A stretch of 64,000 bases of DNA, from the NCBI RefSeq assembly GCF_009914755.1, contig NC_060926.1. The stretch is one strand, 5' to 3'. The DNA comes from the human T2T-CHM13v2.0 reference genome, Homo sapiens. Position numbers and translations under genes: made by a program. Numbering within the stretch: position 1 is the stretch's first letter; every line of letters starts with the position of its first letter. The notes under the pieces are model-generated. The model searched no databases. It saw only the letters and a program-made list of their open reading frames with translations, and was not told the DNA's origin. Shown piece after piece: positions 1-11,999 of this stretch.

Positions 1-232
1 TTTGCTTTCATCTCCTTCCATTTATCCATTTCTCTCAAATAGCCAGGAGGGCCATAGAGTTTTGTCATTAAGGCTGGCAATGTTCAGCCCCAGACTGGGG
101 CAGGATAAAGGATGGATCCTGGGGCAAGCATTAAAAAAGGTCTCCCTTTAGTGTGAGGGACAAAAGTGGAACTAGAAGCAAGTTAGGGTCACATGTGATA
201 CTGATATTGCAGAAAATATCAAAGTGGGTCAA

Positions 233-601
233 TGCCATGGATTGAATGTTTGTGTCCACCTTTCCTCCAAAGTCAGATGTTGAAATTCTAACCCCCAGTG
301 TGATGCTATTACAAGATGGGGCCTTTGGGAAGTGATTAGGTTGTGAGGGTGGAGCCCTCATGAATGGAATTAGTCCCCTTATAAAAGGGACCCTAGAGAA
401 CACTGTCGCCCTCTTTTCTCCATGTGAGGATGCATTGAGAGGTCAGCAGTCTGCAACCTGGAGGAGAGTTCTCACCAGAACCTCATTGTGATGGCACCCT
501 GATTTTGGATCTCCAGCCTCCCAAACTGTGAGAAATAAATTTCTGTTATTTGTAAGCCATCCAGTCTATAGCATTTTGTTATAGCAGCCTGAACTAAGAC
601 A
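233..601 (+). mobile_element. MaLR solo LTR, MLT1A-like
   Basis: TG...CA termini (tgccatggattgaatg...gaactaagaca) with MLT1A-type motifs gggtggagccctcatgaatgg and actgtgagaaataaatttctgtt. Confidence 0.8.
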
Positions 602-743
602 GTCAAGAACCAGGAAAATAAGAGACAAAACATGGGCATTGGCTCAGGTATAGCGGAGTCCTTATGAATTCATAAGACTGCTCTCTGCTGTATTTGGGGT
701 CATTTTGGTGGCCAAGGTCACATCTCTACCATCAATTGGCATC

Positions 744-2777
744 AGTATGGGGGAACCACCCATATGATTCAAATCATCTCCCACTGGGTCCCTCCCACAA
801 CATGTGGGAATTTGAGAGTACAATTCAAGATGAGATTTGGGTGGGGACACAGAGACAAACCATATCATTCTGCCCCGGCCCCTCCAAATCTCATGTCCTC
901 ACATTTCAAAACCAATCATGCCTTCCCAACAGTCCCTACAAGTCTTAACTCATTTCAGCATTAACCCAAAAGTCCACAGTCCAAGGTGTCATCCGAGACA
1001 AGGCAAGTCCCTTTGGCCTATGAGCCTGTAAAATCAAAAGCAAGCTAGTTACTTCCTAGATACAGTGGGGGTATAGGTATGGGGTAAATACAGTCATTCC
1101 AAATGGGAGAAATTGGCCAAAACAACGGGGTTACAGGGCTCATGCAAGTCCGAAATTCAGCAGAGAAGTCAAAATTAAAATGATCTCCTTTGACTCCATG
1201 TCTCACATCCAGGTCGCTCATGCAAGAGGGGGGTTCCCATGGTCTTGGGGAGCTCTGCCCCTGTGGCTTTGCAGGGTATAGCCCCGCTCCTGGCTGCTTT
1301 CACAGGCTGGCACTGAGTGTCTGCGGCTTTTCCAGGCACACAGTGCAAGATGTTGGTGGATCTACCATTCTGGGGTCTGGGGGACAGTGACCCTTTTCTC
1401 ATAGCTCCACTAGGCAGTGCCCCAGTAGGGACTCTGTGTGGGGCTCTGACCCCACATTTCCCTTCTGCACTGCCCTAGCAGAGGTTCTCCATGAGGGCCC
1501 TGCCCCTGCAGCAAACTTTTGCCTGGGCATCCAGGCGTTTCCATATATCTTCTGAAATCTAGGAGGAGGTCCTCAAACCCCTATTCTTGACTTCTGTGCA
1601 CCTGCAGGCTCAACATCACACATAAACTGCCAAGGTTTGGGGGTTGGACCCTCTGAAACCATGGGCTGAGCTGTACCTTGGCCCCTTTTAGCAATGGCTG
1701 GAGCAGCTGGGATACAGGGCACCTAGTCCCTAGGCTGTACACAGCATGGGGACTCTGGGCCCGGCCCACAGAACCATTTTTCCCTCCTAGGCTCTGGGGT
1801 CTGTAATGGGAGGGACTGCCATGAAGACCTATCACATGCCCTGGAGACATTTTCCCCATTGTCTTGGGGATAAACATTCAGCTCTTTGTTACTTATGCAA
1901 ATTTCTGCAGCCAGCTTGAATTTCTCCTCAAAAAATGGGTTTTTCTTTTCTGTGGCATTGTCAGGCTGCAAATTTCTGAACTTTTATTCTGTGTTTCCCT
2001 TTTAAAACAGAATGCTTTTAACAGCACCCAAGTCACCTTTTGAATACTTTGTTGCTTAGAAATTTCTTCTGCCAGATACCCTAAATCATCTCTCTTAAGT
2101 TCAAAGTTCCACAAATCTCTAGGGCAGGGGCAAAACGCCACCAGTCTCCTTGCTAGAACGTAACAAGAGTCACCTTTGCTCCAGTTCCCAACAAGTTCCT
2201 TATCTCCATCTGAGACCGCTTCAGCCTGGACCTTATTGTTCATATCATTATCAGCATTTTTGTCAAAGCCACTCAGCAAGCTTCTAGGAGGTTTCAAACT
2301 TTCCCACATTTTCCCGTCTTCTTCTGAGCCCTCCAAACTGTTCCAACATCTGACTGATACCCAGTTCCAAAGTTGCTTCCACATTTTCAGGTATCTTTTC
2401 ATCAACAACCCACCCTACTGGTACCAATTTACTGTATTAGTTCATTTTCACGCTGCTGATAAATACATACCTGAGACTGGGGAGAAAAAGAGGTTTAATT
2501 GGACTCACAGTTTCACATGGCTGAGGAGGCCCCAGAATCATGTGGGAAGTGAAAGGTATGGCAGCAGCAACATAAAATGGGGAAGATGCAAAAGCAGAAA
2601 CCCCTGATAAAACCATCAGATCTCGTGAGACTTATTCACAACCATGAGAACAGTATGGGGGAAACTTCCCCCATGATTCACATTATCTCCCACCAGGTTT
2701 CTCCCACAACACGTGGGAATTATGGGAATACAATTCACGATGAGATTTGGGTAGAGACACAGAGACAAACCATATCA
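744..2777 (-). mobile_element. THE1 (THE1C-like) MaLR element: 5' LTR 2433-2777, internal 868-2432, truncated 3' LTR 744-867
   Basis: Both LTR copies end in acacagagacaaaccatatca on the + strand; the internal region translates to MaLR-int peptide (ORF 1893-2408, VGNWSKGDSCYVLA...CPCPRDLWNFEL). Confidence 0.9.
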
Positions 2778-3045
2778 GCATCTAACATCAATCACTAGTA
2801 AGTGTTTACCTAATTATCCATCCATCATCTATTCATTCATTCATTCATAAACATGTTCCAAATAATTTAGTGTTGGCTTTTATTGGAGTCTCTAGCCTTC
2901 TTGCGTGCCTCCTCTACAGCCAGACCTTATTTCAAATTAATGTGGAAGGGTGCATGTCAGGAGCATTTATTGAGTATAGGTGTTGGGGAGTCTTGGTTTT
3001 TCACAAGGCCAGTACGCTAAAAAGAGGCTGAGATGCTAAGATATC

Positions 3046-3330
3046 TTTTTTTATTTTGAGACGGAGTTTCACTCTTGTTGCCCAGGCTGGAGTGCAATGG
3101 CACATGATCTCGGCTCACTGCAACCTCCGGGTTCAAGTGATTCTCCTGCCTCAGCCTCCTGAGTAGCTGGGATTACAGGCATGTGCCACCATGCCCGGCT
3201 AATTTTGTATTTTTAGTAGAGGGTTTCTCCATGTTGGTCAGGCTGGTCTCAAACTCCTGACCTCAGCTGATCTGCCCGCCTTGGCCTCCCAAAGTGCTGG
3301 GATTACAGGTGTGAGCCACTGTGCCTGGCC
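3046..3330 (-). mobile_element. Alu (AluSp/Sq-like)
   Basis: Poly-T, then gagacggagtttcactcttgttgcccaggctggagtgcaatgg...gtgcctggcc; imperfect TSD gct(a/g)agatatc. Confidence 0.92.
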
Positions 3331-5026
3331 AAGGCTGAGATATCTTTATACTTGGATAGAGTCATCCACTCCAAGAAAGCCTGGACCCTGACACAGGCAC
3401 TTCTTTTTTTCTTCTTTTCTATATTTGCTTTTTCTCACTATGGGACACTAAGATCTAGAGGGCTCAGTTTAGGCTGTGGGTTTTAGGGGGAAGAGAAAAG
3501 CAATCCCATGGGCCAATCATTTGCCCAGGAAGGTAGAATCAGCCATACAGCCTCACCTAGCTCACCAGGGGGCTTACCTTAGTTTGTGGGTGGCCTGGAG
3601 CTCTGTGTACCTCTTTTTCAGAGACGCTTTCGTGGATGGCTATGGAAGGGTAGGGCAAGATTTTCTATTCAAGTCCAGGTTTCTAAGCTGTAGCTCTGAC
3701 AGTTCTCCTTAGGACAGAGATGGCAGACTCATATGTAAGGCAGGATATGAAATCTTGGACTGGGAATGGTAAGAGGTTTTTCCAAATAGAGGTTGGATGC
3801 TACAGTGGGAAGAATAACAAGAGGAGTTTTTTTTTTTTTTTTTTTTTTTTTGGTGGTGGAATAGGGAGGCACCCAGTTACCAGACCAGCTCATAAAGAGA
3901 GGTAGTAAGGAGAGAAGTTCTGGTAAAGCAAGTCCTCAACCCAGAAAACCAGCAGGTTAGGCTAGGCCTCAGGAACAACCGACAAAACAAAGAAAGGGCA
4001 ATTCGTTTTTTCAAAAGAAAAAGGAGTATTCTCGAGAAAGGAGCAATTAAGGGAAGTGCAGTGAAGCATCCAGAGAGGTATGATTTTAGTTTGAACTGGT
4101 CACAGACTTGGGTTATTACTTGAAGGAGAGTTTTAACCACTTTATTTGCAAACAGTGCATATTGGTAGAATAGAAGAGGAACCCCTTTTCTTACCAGACA
4201 TAAGTTCAGAATCTGGTATTTATTCTGATGGGGTTGATGAAATTAAATGTTATACAGTTGTTTGTCATAGCTTTTAATGGTTAAAAAAAATTTGTCTTCA
4301 CTATAGTCCTTGAAAAGACATAAGGAAATTAAAATTTAACAGCCTGAAAAATTAAGATTTAATACCCCTGCAATGTATCGTCTCCTTAAAATATTTTAGA
4401 TGGTCTTCTTATCCAGTTGTAAAATGATACATATTCATTAAAAATATTAAAATACAGAGAAATACACAGAGTAAAAATAAAATCACCTGGAGGGGAAGTA
4501 TCAAAACGGCAGACTGGAAGCAGCTCATGAAGAGGAAACGAAAGGGCTGGTGAACACTGACCCTGCAGGCTGATCATCTGAAAAACCTGTTGGGATCCAT
4601 CGAGGCAGCAGGGGAACACAAAGAGCAGACAGGAGTGAGGCTGGGCCCTTGTGGAGCCAGGAGAATCTCTCCAACATGGGAAAGGGGAGTTGAGTGAGAG
4701 CCCCCGAAGGACTCATGTTCTCCAAAGGGACCTGTGCAAAACTGGGAATGGGATCATACTCCTGGCCCCCCAACATCTTCCCACTATGCTTCTAGTGGCA
4801 GAGAGCCACCTAGATGTTCTGCGAGGGCAACTCTGGAGTCCAAGGGGACCTCTATAAGCCTTGGGCCCTGAAACAGATCAACAGTGGCACCATAGCCCTA
4901 GTAGAGGCCATAGTTGCTGTTCCTAGAAGCAATAAGATTGCTCTACTCATTCTTGCCAGATGGGGCTTGGCACCAGCTCGTGATGCAATGGTCCTGCTTT
5001 GGCCCAAACTTGGCTGGCCACTCCAC

Positions 5027-5850
5027 TCACCCCTGCCACTGGTAACCAGGTGGGCAACACTTACTGGAGCCTCCAACCCAGTAGCCCTTCTTTTGTGCGA
5101 CCTCAGCAGAAAGGCGTAGCCTCATGATATCTTAGAAACAGGTGAACAGCAGGGTGCATGACCCTATCCACCCCCACCACTGATAGCCAGAAGGGCAACA
5201 CCTCCTAGAGCTGCTGGCTCAGTGGCTCTGCTTCTGTGTGAATTCAGCCAGTGGGCACAGCCTCATGTTTTCCCAAGAAGTGCACAGACAGAGATCCCAC
5301 CCACTGCTGTCACTGATAGCCAGGTAGGAAACAACTGCTAGAGCTTCTGGCCCAGTGGCCCTGCTTCTGTGGGAACTCAGCTGGAAGGTGTAGCTTCATG
5401 TTTTCCCAGGAAACACCCAGATGGCAGGGTATGTGACACCCCCACACCCCCACCACTTGCAGCCAGGAGAGCAATGCGTGCTAGAGTTTCTAGCCCAGGG
5501 GTCCTGGTTCTATGGAAACTCCGCCAGTGGGCACAGCCTCCTGTCATCCAAGGAAGCACTTGATGGCAGGGTGGGCATCTCTACCCACTCCCACCACTGG
5601 TAGCTAGATGAGCCACACCTGTTAGAGCTTCTGGCTCAGCAGCACTACTTCTGCCAGAATTTGCTAAAAGGCACAGCCTCCTGTTGCTCTGGAAAGACCT
5701 GGAGGGCAGAGCAGGCAACTCCACCCACCTCCACCTTCCAAAGCCAGATGAATCACAGCCGCTAAAGTTTCCAACCCAGTGGTTGAGTTTCTGCATAAAC
5801 TCTGAGGCAGGCACAACCCTGTGTTTCCCCAGGAAGCACACGACCTGACA
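5027..5850 (+). repeat. Six diverged ~140-bp tandem units in the L1 5'UTR
   Basis: The pattern ccaccactg.tagccag...tagagcttctggcccagtgg...cttctg...cacagcctc..tg...ggaa recurs at about 5027, 5171, 5306, 5447, 5588 and 5729. Confidence 0.8.
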
Positions 5851-6364
5851 AGGATGTGATTTGTCTGCCAACTGTGGCCCCTGCTTGAGGGAGCTGCATG
5901 AACCAGAATACCCAACAAAATACCCATGGGGACAGAGAAGTAATCAGAGGGGGCTCCTCCAAGACCCAGGAGTGGACTAGAATCAAAGCCAGTTAATTGA
6001 ATTGACCTTATACCATAACCAAACCCCCAAGGGCACCAAAGAAAAAAAAGCAAAAAAGAAAAATTGCATCTAAAGGACAGCAACTTCAAGCTTTGAAGGA
6101 AGATGAGCCCACACAAATGGGAATGAATCAGCATAAGAACTCTGGCAATGCAAAAAGCCAGAGTGCCTTCTTCCCTCCAAATGACTGCACTTGTTACCAA
6201 GAAAGGGTTCTTAACCAGGTTGAGATGGCTGAAATGACAGAACTAGTATTCAGAATATGGATAGCAATGAAAATCATCAAGATTCAGGAGAATGTTGAAA
6301 CCCAATCCAAGGAAGCTTAGAATCACAATAAAATAACACAGGAGCTGATAGAACAAAATAACCA

Positions 6365-6870
6365 TTATATATATATATATTATATATATATGTATATAAA
6401 TATATATATTTTATATACGTATATAAAAATATATATTTACATATATAAAATAAATATTTTATATACGTATATAAAATATATATTTATTTTATATACGTAT
6501 ATAAAATATTTATTTTATATATGTATATAAAATATTTATTTTATATATGTATATAAAATATTTATTTTATATATGTATATAAAATATTTATTTTATATAC
6601 ATGTATATTAAATATATATTTATATATGTATATAAAAATATATATTATATACATGTATATAAAATATATATTATATATGTATATAAAAATATATATGTAT
6701 ATAAAATATATATATTATATAGATATATAAAATATATATTATATAGATATATAAAATATATATATTATATAGATATATAAAATATATATATTATATAGAT
6801 ATATAAAATATATATATTATATAGATATATAAAATATATCTATATAATATATATGTAAAATATATATAAA
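6365..6870. repeat. AT-rich low-complexity/minisatellite expansion inside L1 ORF1
   Basis: Nearly pure A/T, with sub-arrays of ~26-28-bp units (tatataaaatatttattttatatatg and atatattatatagatatataaaatat). Confidence 0.95.
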
Positions 6871-9800
6871 AAACTGATTTGATAGAGCTAAAAACATACA
6901 AAAAGAATTGCGTAATGCAATCCCAAGTGTTAACAGCAGAATAGACCAAGCTGAGGAAAGAATCTCAGAGCTTAAAGACTGGATCTCTGAAATAACTCAG
7001 TCAGACAAAAAATAAAGAAAAAAGTATATAAAAAGAATGAACAAAACCTCCATGAAATATGGGATTATGTAAAGAGACTAAATCTTTGACTCACTGGTAT
7101 CCCTGAAAGGGACAGAGAGAAAACAAGCAATCTGGAAAACGTATTTCAAGATATCATCCATGAAAATTTCCCCAAGCTAGCCAGAGAGGTCAACAGTCAA
7201 ATCTAGGAAATGCAGAGAATCCCTGCAAGATATTTCACAAGAAGACCATTTCCAAGAAACATAATCAGATTCTCCAAGGTTGAAATGAAAGAAAATGTTA
7301 AAGGCTGCTAGAGAAGAGGGGCAGATCACCTACAAAGGGAGCCCTGTCAGGCTAACAGTGGGCCTTTCAGCAGAAAACCTACAAGCCAGAATAGATTGGG
7401 AACCTATATTCAGCATTTTTTAAAAAAAATTTCAACCAAGAGTTTCACATCCAGCCAGACTAAGTTTCATAGGTGAAGGAGAAATAAGATCCTTTTCAGA
7501 CAAGCAAATGCTGAGGGAATTCATTACCACCAGACCTGCCTTACAAGAGGTCCTGAAAGGAGCACTATGTAAGGAAAGGAAAGATCATTACCAGCCACTA
7601 TAGTAACACACCTAAGTATATAGATCAGTGATACTATAAAGCAACCACAAGAACAAGTCAGCATAGTAACCAGCTAACTACATGATGATAGAATCAAATT
7701 TGCACACATCAATACTAACCTTGAATGTAAATGGGCTTGAACACCCCAAGTAAAAGGCACAGAGGGGCAAGTTGGATAAAGAAGCAAGACCTAATGGTAT
7801 GCTGTCTTCAAGAGACCCATCTCATGTGCCATGACATCCATAGGCTCAGAATAAAGACATGGAGAAAAATCTACCAAGCAAATGGAAAACAGAAAAATGC
7901 AGAGGCTGCAATCCTAATTTCAGGCAAAATGGACTTTAAGTTGACAAAGATCAAAGAAGATAAGGAAGAGCATTATATAATGGTAAAGGGTTCAATTCAA
8001 TAAGAAGACTTAACTATCCTAAATATATATGCGGCCAACACAGCAGCACTCAGATTCAAAAAGTATGCTTTTAGAGATCTACAAAGACTTAGTCTCCCAC
8101 ATAAAAATAGTGGGAACATTCAACATTCTATTGACAGTATTACACAGATCATGGAGTCAGAAAATTAACAAAGATATTCAGTACCTGAACTCAACACTTA
8201 GCCAAATGGACCCTCTCCACCCCAAAACAACAGAATATACATTGTCTTATTGCCACATAGACCCTACTCCAATCAGAGTATGAAACACCCAATCAGATAT
8301 GAAACAACATTCAGCAAATTCAAGAAAACTGAAATTATATCAACCACACTCTTGGACCATAGCACAATAAAAATAGAAATCAAGACTAAGAAAATCACTC
8401 AAAATCATACAATTACATGAAAATTAAACAACCTCCTCCTGAATGACTTTTGGGTAAACAATGAAATTAAGACAGAAATCAAGAAATACTTTGAAACTAA
8501 TGAAAATAAAGATACAACATACCAGAATCTCTGAGAAATAACTAAGGGAGTGTTAAGAGGCAAGCTTATGGCCCACATCAAAAAGTTAGGAAGATCTCAA
8601 ATGAACAACCTAATATCACAACTAGAAGAACTAGAGAAGCAAAAGCAAAGAAACCCCAAAGCTAGCAAAAGAGAATAAATAACCAAAATCAGAGCTTAAC
8701 TGAAGGAAATTGAGTCACAAAAAACCATGCAAAAGCTCAATGAATCCAAGAGTTAGTTATTTTAAAGAATCAATAAGATAGATAGATCACTAGCTAGGCT
8801 AATACAGAAAAAAGAGAATCCAAATAAACACATTTGGAAATGACAAAGGGGACATCACCACTGACACTGCAGAAATACAAAAAACCTCAGAGACTATTAT
8901 GAACACCTCTATGCTCACAAACTAGAAGTTCTAGAAGAAATGAATAAATTCCTGGATGCATACAACCTCCCAAGACTGAACCAGGAAGAAATTGAATCCC
9001 TGAACAGACCAATAATAAGATACAAAAGTAATAAAAAGCCCACAACCCCCCAAAAGCCTAGGACTGGATGGATTCACAGTTGAAATTTACCAGATGTATA
9101 AAGACGACTCCTTCCCAACTCATTCTGTGAGGCCAACATCATCCTGATTCCAAAACCTGGCAGAAACAACACAACAAACCAAAACTTCAGGCCAATACCC
9201 TTGACAAACATAGATGCAAATATCCTCAAGAAAATACTAGCAAACTGAATTCAGCAGGACATCAAAAAGCTAATCCATCATGATCCAGTAGGCTTTATCC
9301 TTGCAATGCAAGGTTGGTTTAACATACACAAACCAGTAAACGTGATTCATCACATGAACAGTACTAAAAATAAAAGCCACTTTATTATCTCAGTAGACGT
9401 AGAAAAGGCTTTTGATAAAATTCAATATCCCTGTATGTTAAAAACCCTTAGTAAACTAGGCACTGAAGGAATAAATATCAAAATAATGAGCCATTTATGA
9501 CAAAACCACAGCTAACATCAGATTGAATGGGCAAAAGCTGGAAGCATTTCCCTTGAAAACCAGCACAAGACAGGGATGCCTGCTCTCACCATTCATAGTT
9601 AACATAGTATTGGAAGTTCTGGCAAGAGCAATCAGACAAGAGAAAGAAATAAAAGACATCCAAATAAGAAGAGAGGAAGTCAAATTATCCCTGTTTTCTG
9701 AGGACATGATTCTATTTCTAGAAAACCCGGTAGTCCTTGGCCGAAAGCTCCTGATCTGATAACAACTTTAGCAAAGTTTCGGGATACAAAATCAATGTAC

Positions 9801-10492
9801 AAAAATCAGTAGCATTTCTATATACCAACAACATCCAAGCCGAGAGCCAAATCAGGAATGCAATTTCATTCACAGTTGGCAAAAAAAGAATAAAATACCT
9901 AGATATATAGCCCATTAAGGATTTGAAAGACCTCTACAATGAGAATTACGAAATACTACTCAGAGACATCAGCGATGACACAAACAAATAGAAAACATTT
10001 TATGCTTATGGATGGGAAGAATGAATATCATTAAAATGACTATACTGCCCAAAGCAATTTATAGATTCAATGCTATTTCTATCAAACTGCCAATGATATT
10101 CCTTACATAATTAGATAAAAAATTTAAAAATTCATACGAAACTAGAAAGATCCCAAATAGCCAAGGCACTCCTGAGCGAAAAGAACAAAGTTGGAGGCAT
10201 CACATTATCCTAATTCAAACTATACTACAGGGTTATAGTAAACAAAAACAGCATGGTACTGGCACAATAACAGAAACATAGACCAGTGGGACAGAATAGA
10301 GAGCCCAGAAGGAAGGCTGCACGCCTACAACCATCTCATATTTGACAAAGTTGACAAACACAAGCAATGGAGACAGGACTCTTTATTCAATAAATGGTGC
10401 TGGGATAACTGGCTAGCCGTAGGCAGAAGACTGAAACTGGACCCCTACCTAACACAACATACAAAAATCAACTCAAGATAGATCAAATACTT

Positions 10493-10561
10493 AAATGTAA
10501 GCTCTAAAACTATATAAATGTAAGCTCTAAAACTATAAAAATGTAAGCTCTAAAACTATAA
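10493..10561 (+). repeat. 3 x 23-bp tandem triplication in L1 ORF2
   Basis: aaatgtaagctctaaaactata(t/a) repeated three times. Confidence 0.95.
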
Positions 10562-11999
10562 AAATCCTGGAAGATAACCCAGGAAACATCCTTCTGGACA
10601 TAGGACTTGGCAAAGATTTCATGATAAAGACACCAAAGGCAGTTGCAACAAAAGCAAAAATTCACAAGTGGGACCTAATTAAACTAAAGAGCTTCTGCAC
10701 AGCAAAAGAAACTATCAATAGAGTAAACAATCTACAGAATAGGAGAAAATACATGCAAACTATGCATCTGACAAAGGTCTAATGTGCAGCATCTATAAGG
10801 AACTTCAACAGATTTACAAGAAAGGAAAAACACACTAAAAAATGAACAAAGGAAAGGAACAGACAATTTGCAAAAGAAGACATACATGCGGCCGCAATTA
10901 TGTGAAAAAACCCCTCAACATCACTGATCATTAGAGAAATGCAAATTAAAATCACAATGGGATATAATCTCACACCAGGGCTCTTAAAAAACAAAACAAA
11001 ACAAAGCAAAACCAAAAAATCAGATGCTGGAGAGATTGCAGAGAAAAAGGAACAGTTATACACTGCTGATGGAAATATAAATTAGTTCAGCCACTGTGGA
11101 AAGCAGTGTGGTGATTCCTCAAAGAACTTAAAACAGAATTACCATTTGACCCAGCAATCCCATTATAGGGTATATACCCAATGGACCATATGAATCATTC
11201 TGCCATAAAGACACATGCATGCATATGTTCACTGCAGCACTATTCACAAGCAGAAAGACATGGAATAAACCTAAATGCCCATCAATGTTAGATTGGATAA
11301 AGAAAATGTGGTACATGTACACCATGGAGTACTATCAGTCATAAAAAGAATGAGATCATGTCCTTTGCAGCAACATGGATAGAGCTAGATACCATTATCC
11401 TAAGCTAAGACAAGAACAGAAAACCAAATACTGCATGTTCTCACTTTTAAGTGGGAGCTAAACAGCAAGAGCACACGGATACTAGGAGGGGAACAACACA
11501 TACTGGGGTCTACTTGAGGGTGGAGGGTGAAAGGAAGCAGAGAAGCAGAAAAAATACCTATCAGGTACTATGCTTATTCCCTGGGTAACAAACTTATCTG
11601 TACACCAAACCCCCATTACAAGCAATTTACCTATAAAGCAAAACTGTGCATATGCCCCTGAACCTAAAATGAAAGTTAAAAAATGAAATAAAATCACCTG
11701 CCTACAGACAATCCTATTGGTATTTTAGAGTATATTCTTTCAATAATTTCACTGTCCATTAATATACACACACATTTTGGAAAAATAAGATTACCCTATT
11801 ATTATTATTTCTGTAAACTGCTCTTTTCACTAATGCACGGCAAAATTTTTTTCAAAGCCGTTAAGTATTCTTTTCAATATAATTTATACTCATTCAGTTT
11901 ATCTAAGTAATTTATTTAATCAATCTCCTATTGTTAATAAGTTATCTCTTTCTCCAGTTTTTTTATTTTTTATCATTATTAGCAGTGGTTTAATGCACC

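Larger units (their letters stand above)
4490..11685 (+). mobile_element. Full-length, defective old primate L1 (L1PA15/16-like)
   Basis: 15-bp TSD aaataaaatcacctg at 4475-4489 and 11686-11700; ~1.6-kb 5'UTR; ORF1 remnant from ~6117; ORF2 fragments (CCLQETHL at 7731-8003, [24 protein letters not shown]); 3'UTR ending cccctgaacctaaaatgaaagttaaaaaa. Confidence 0.93.

Noticed and set aside
1175-2607. ORFs up to 171 aa in the THE1 internal region (likewise 38264-39607)
   Set aside because: Fragmented MaLR internal ORF remnants and antisense shadows, not host genes
5027-5850. Repeat array considered as CRISPR-like
   Set aside because: Units are homologous along their whole length, with no unique spacers or cas genes; eukaryotic L1 context
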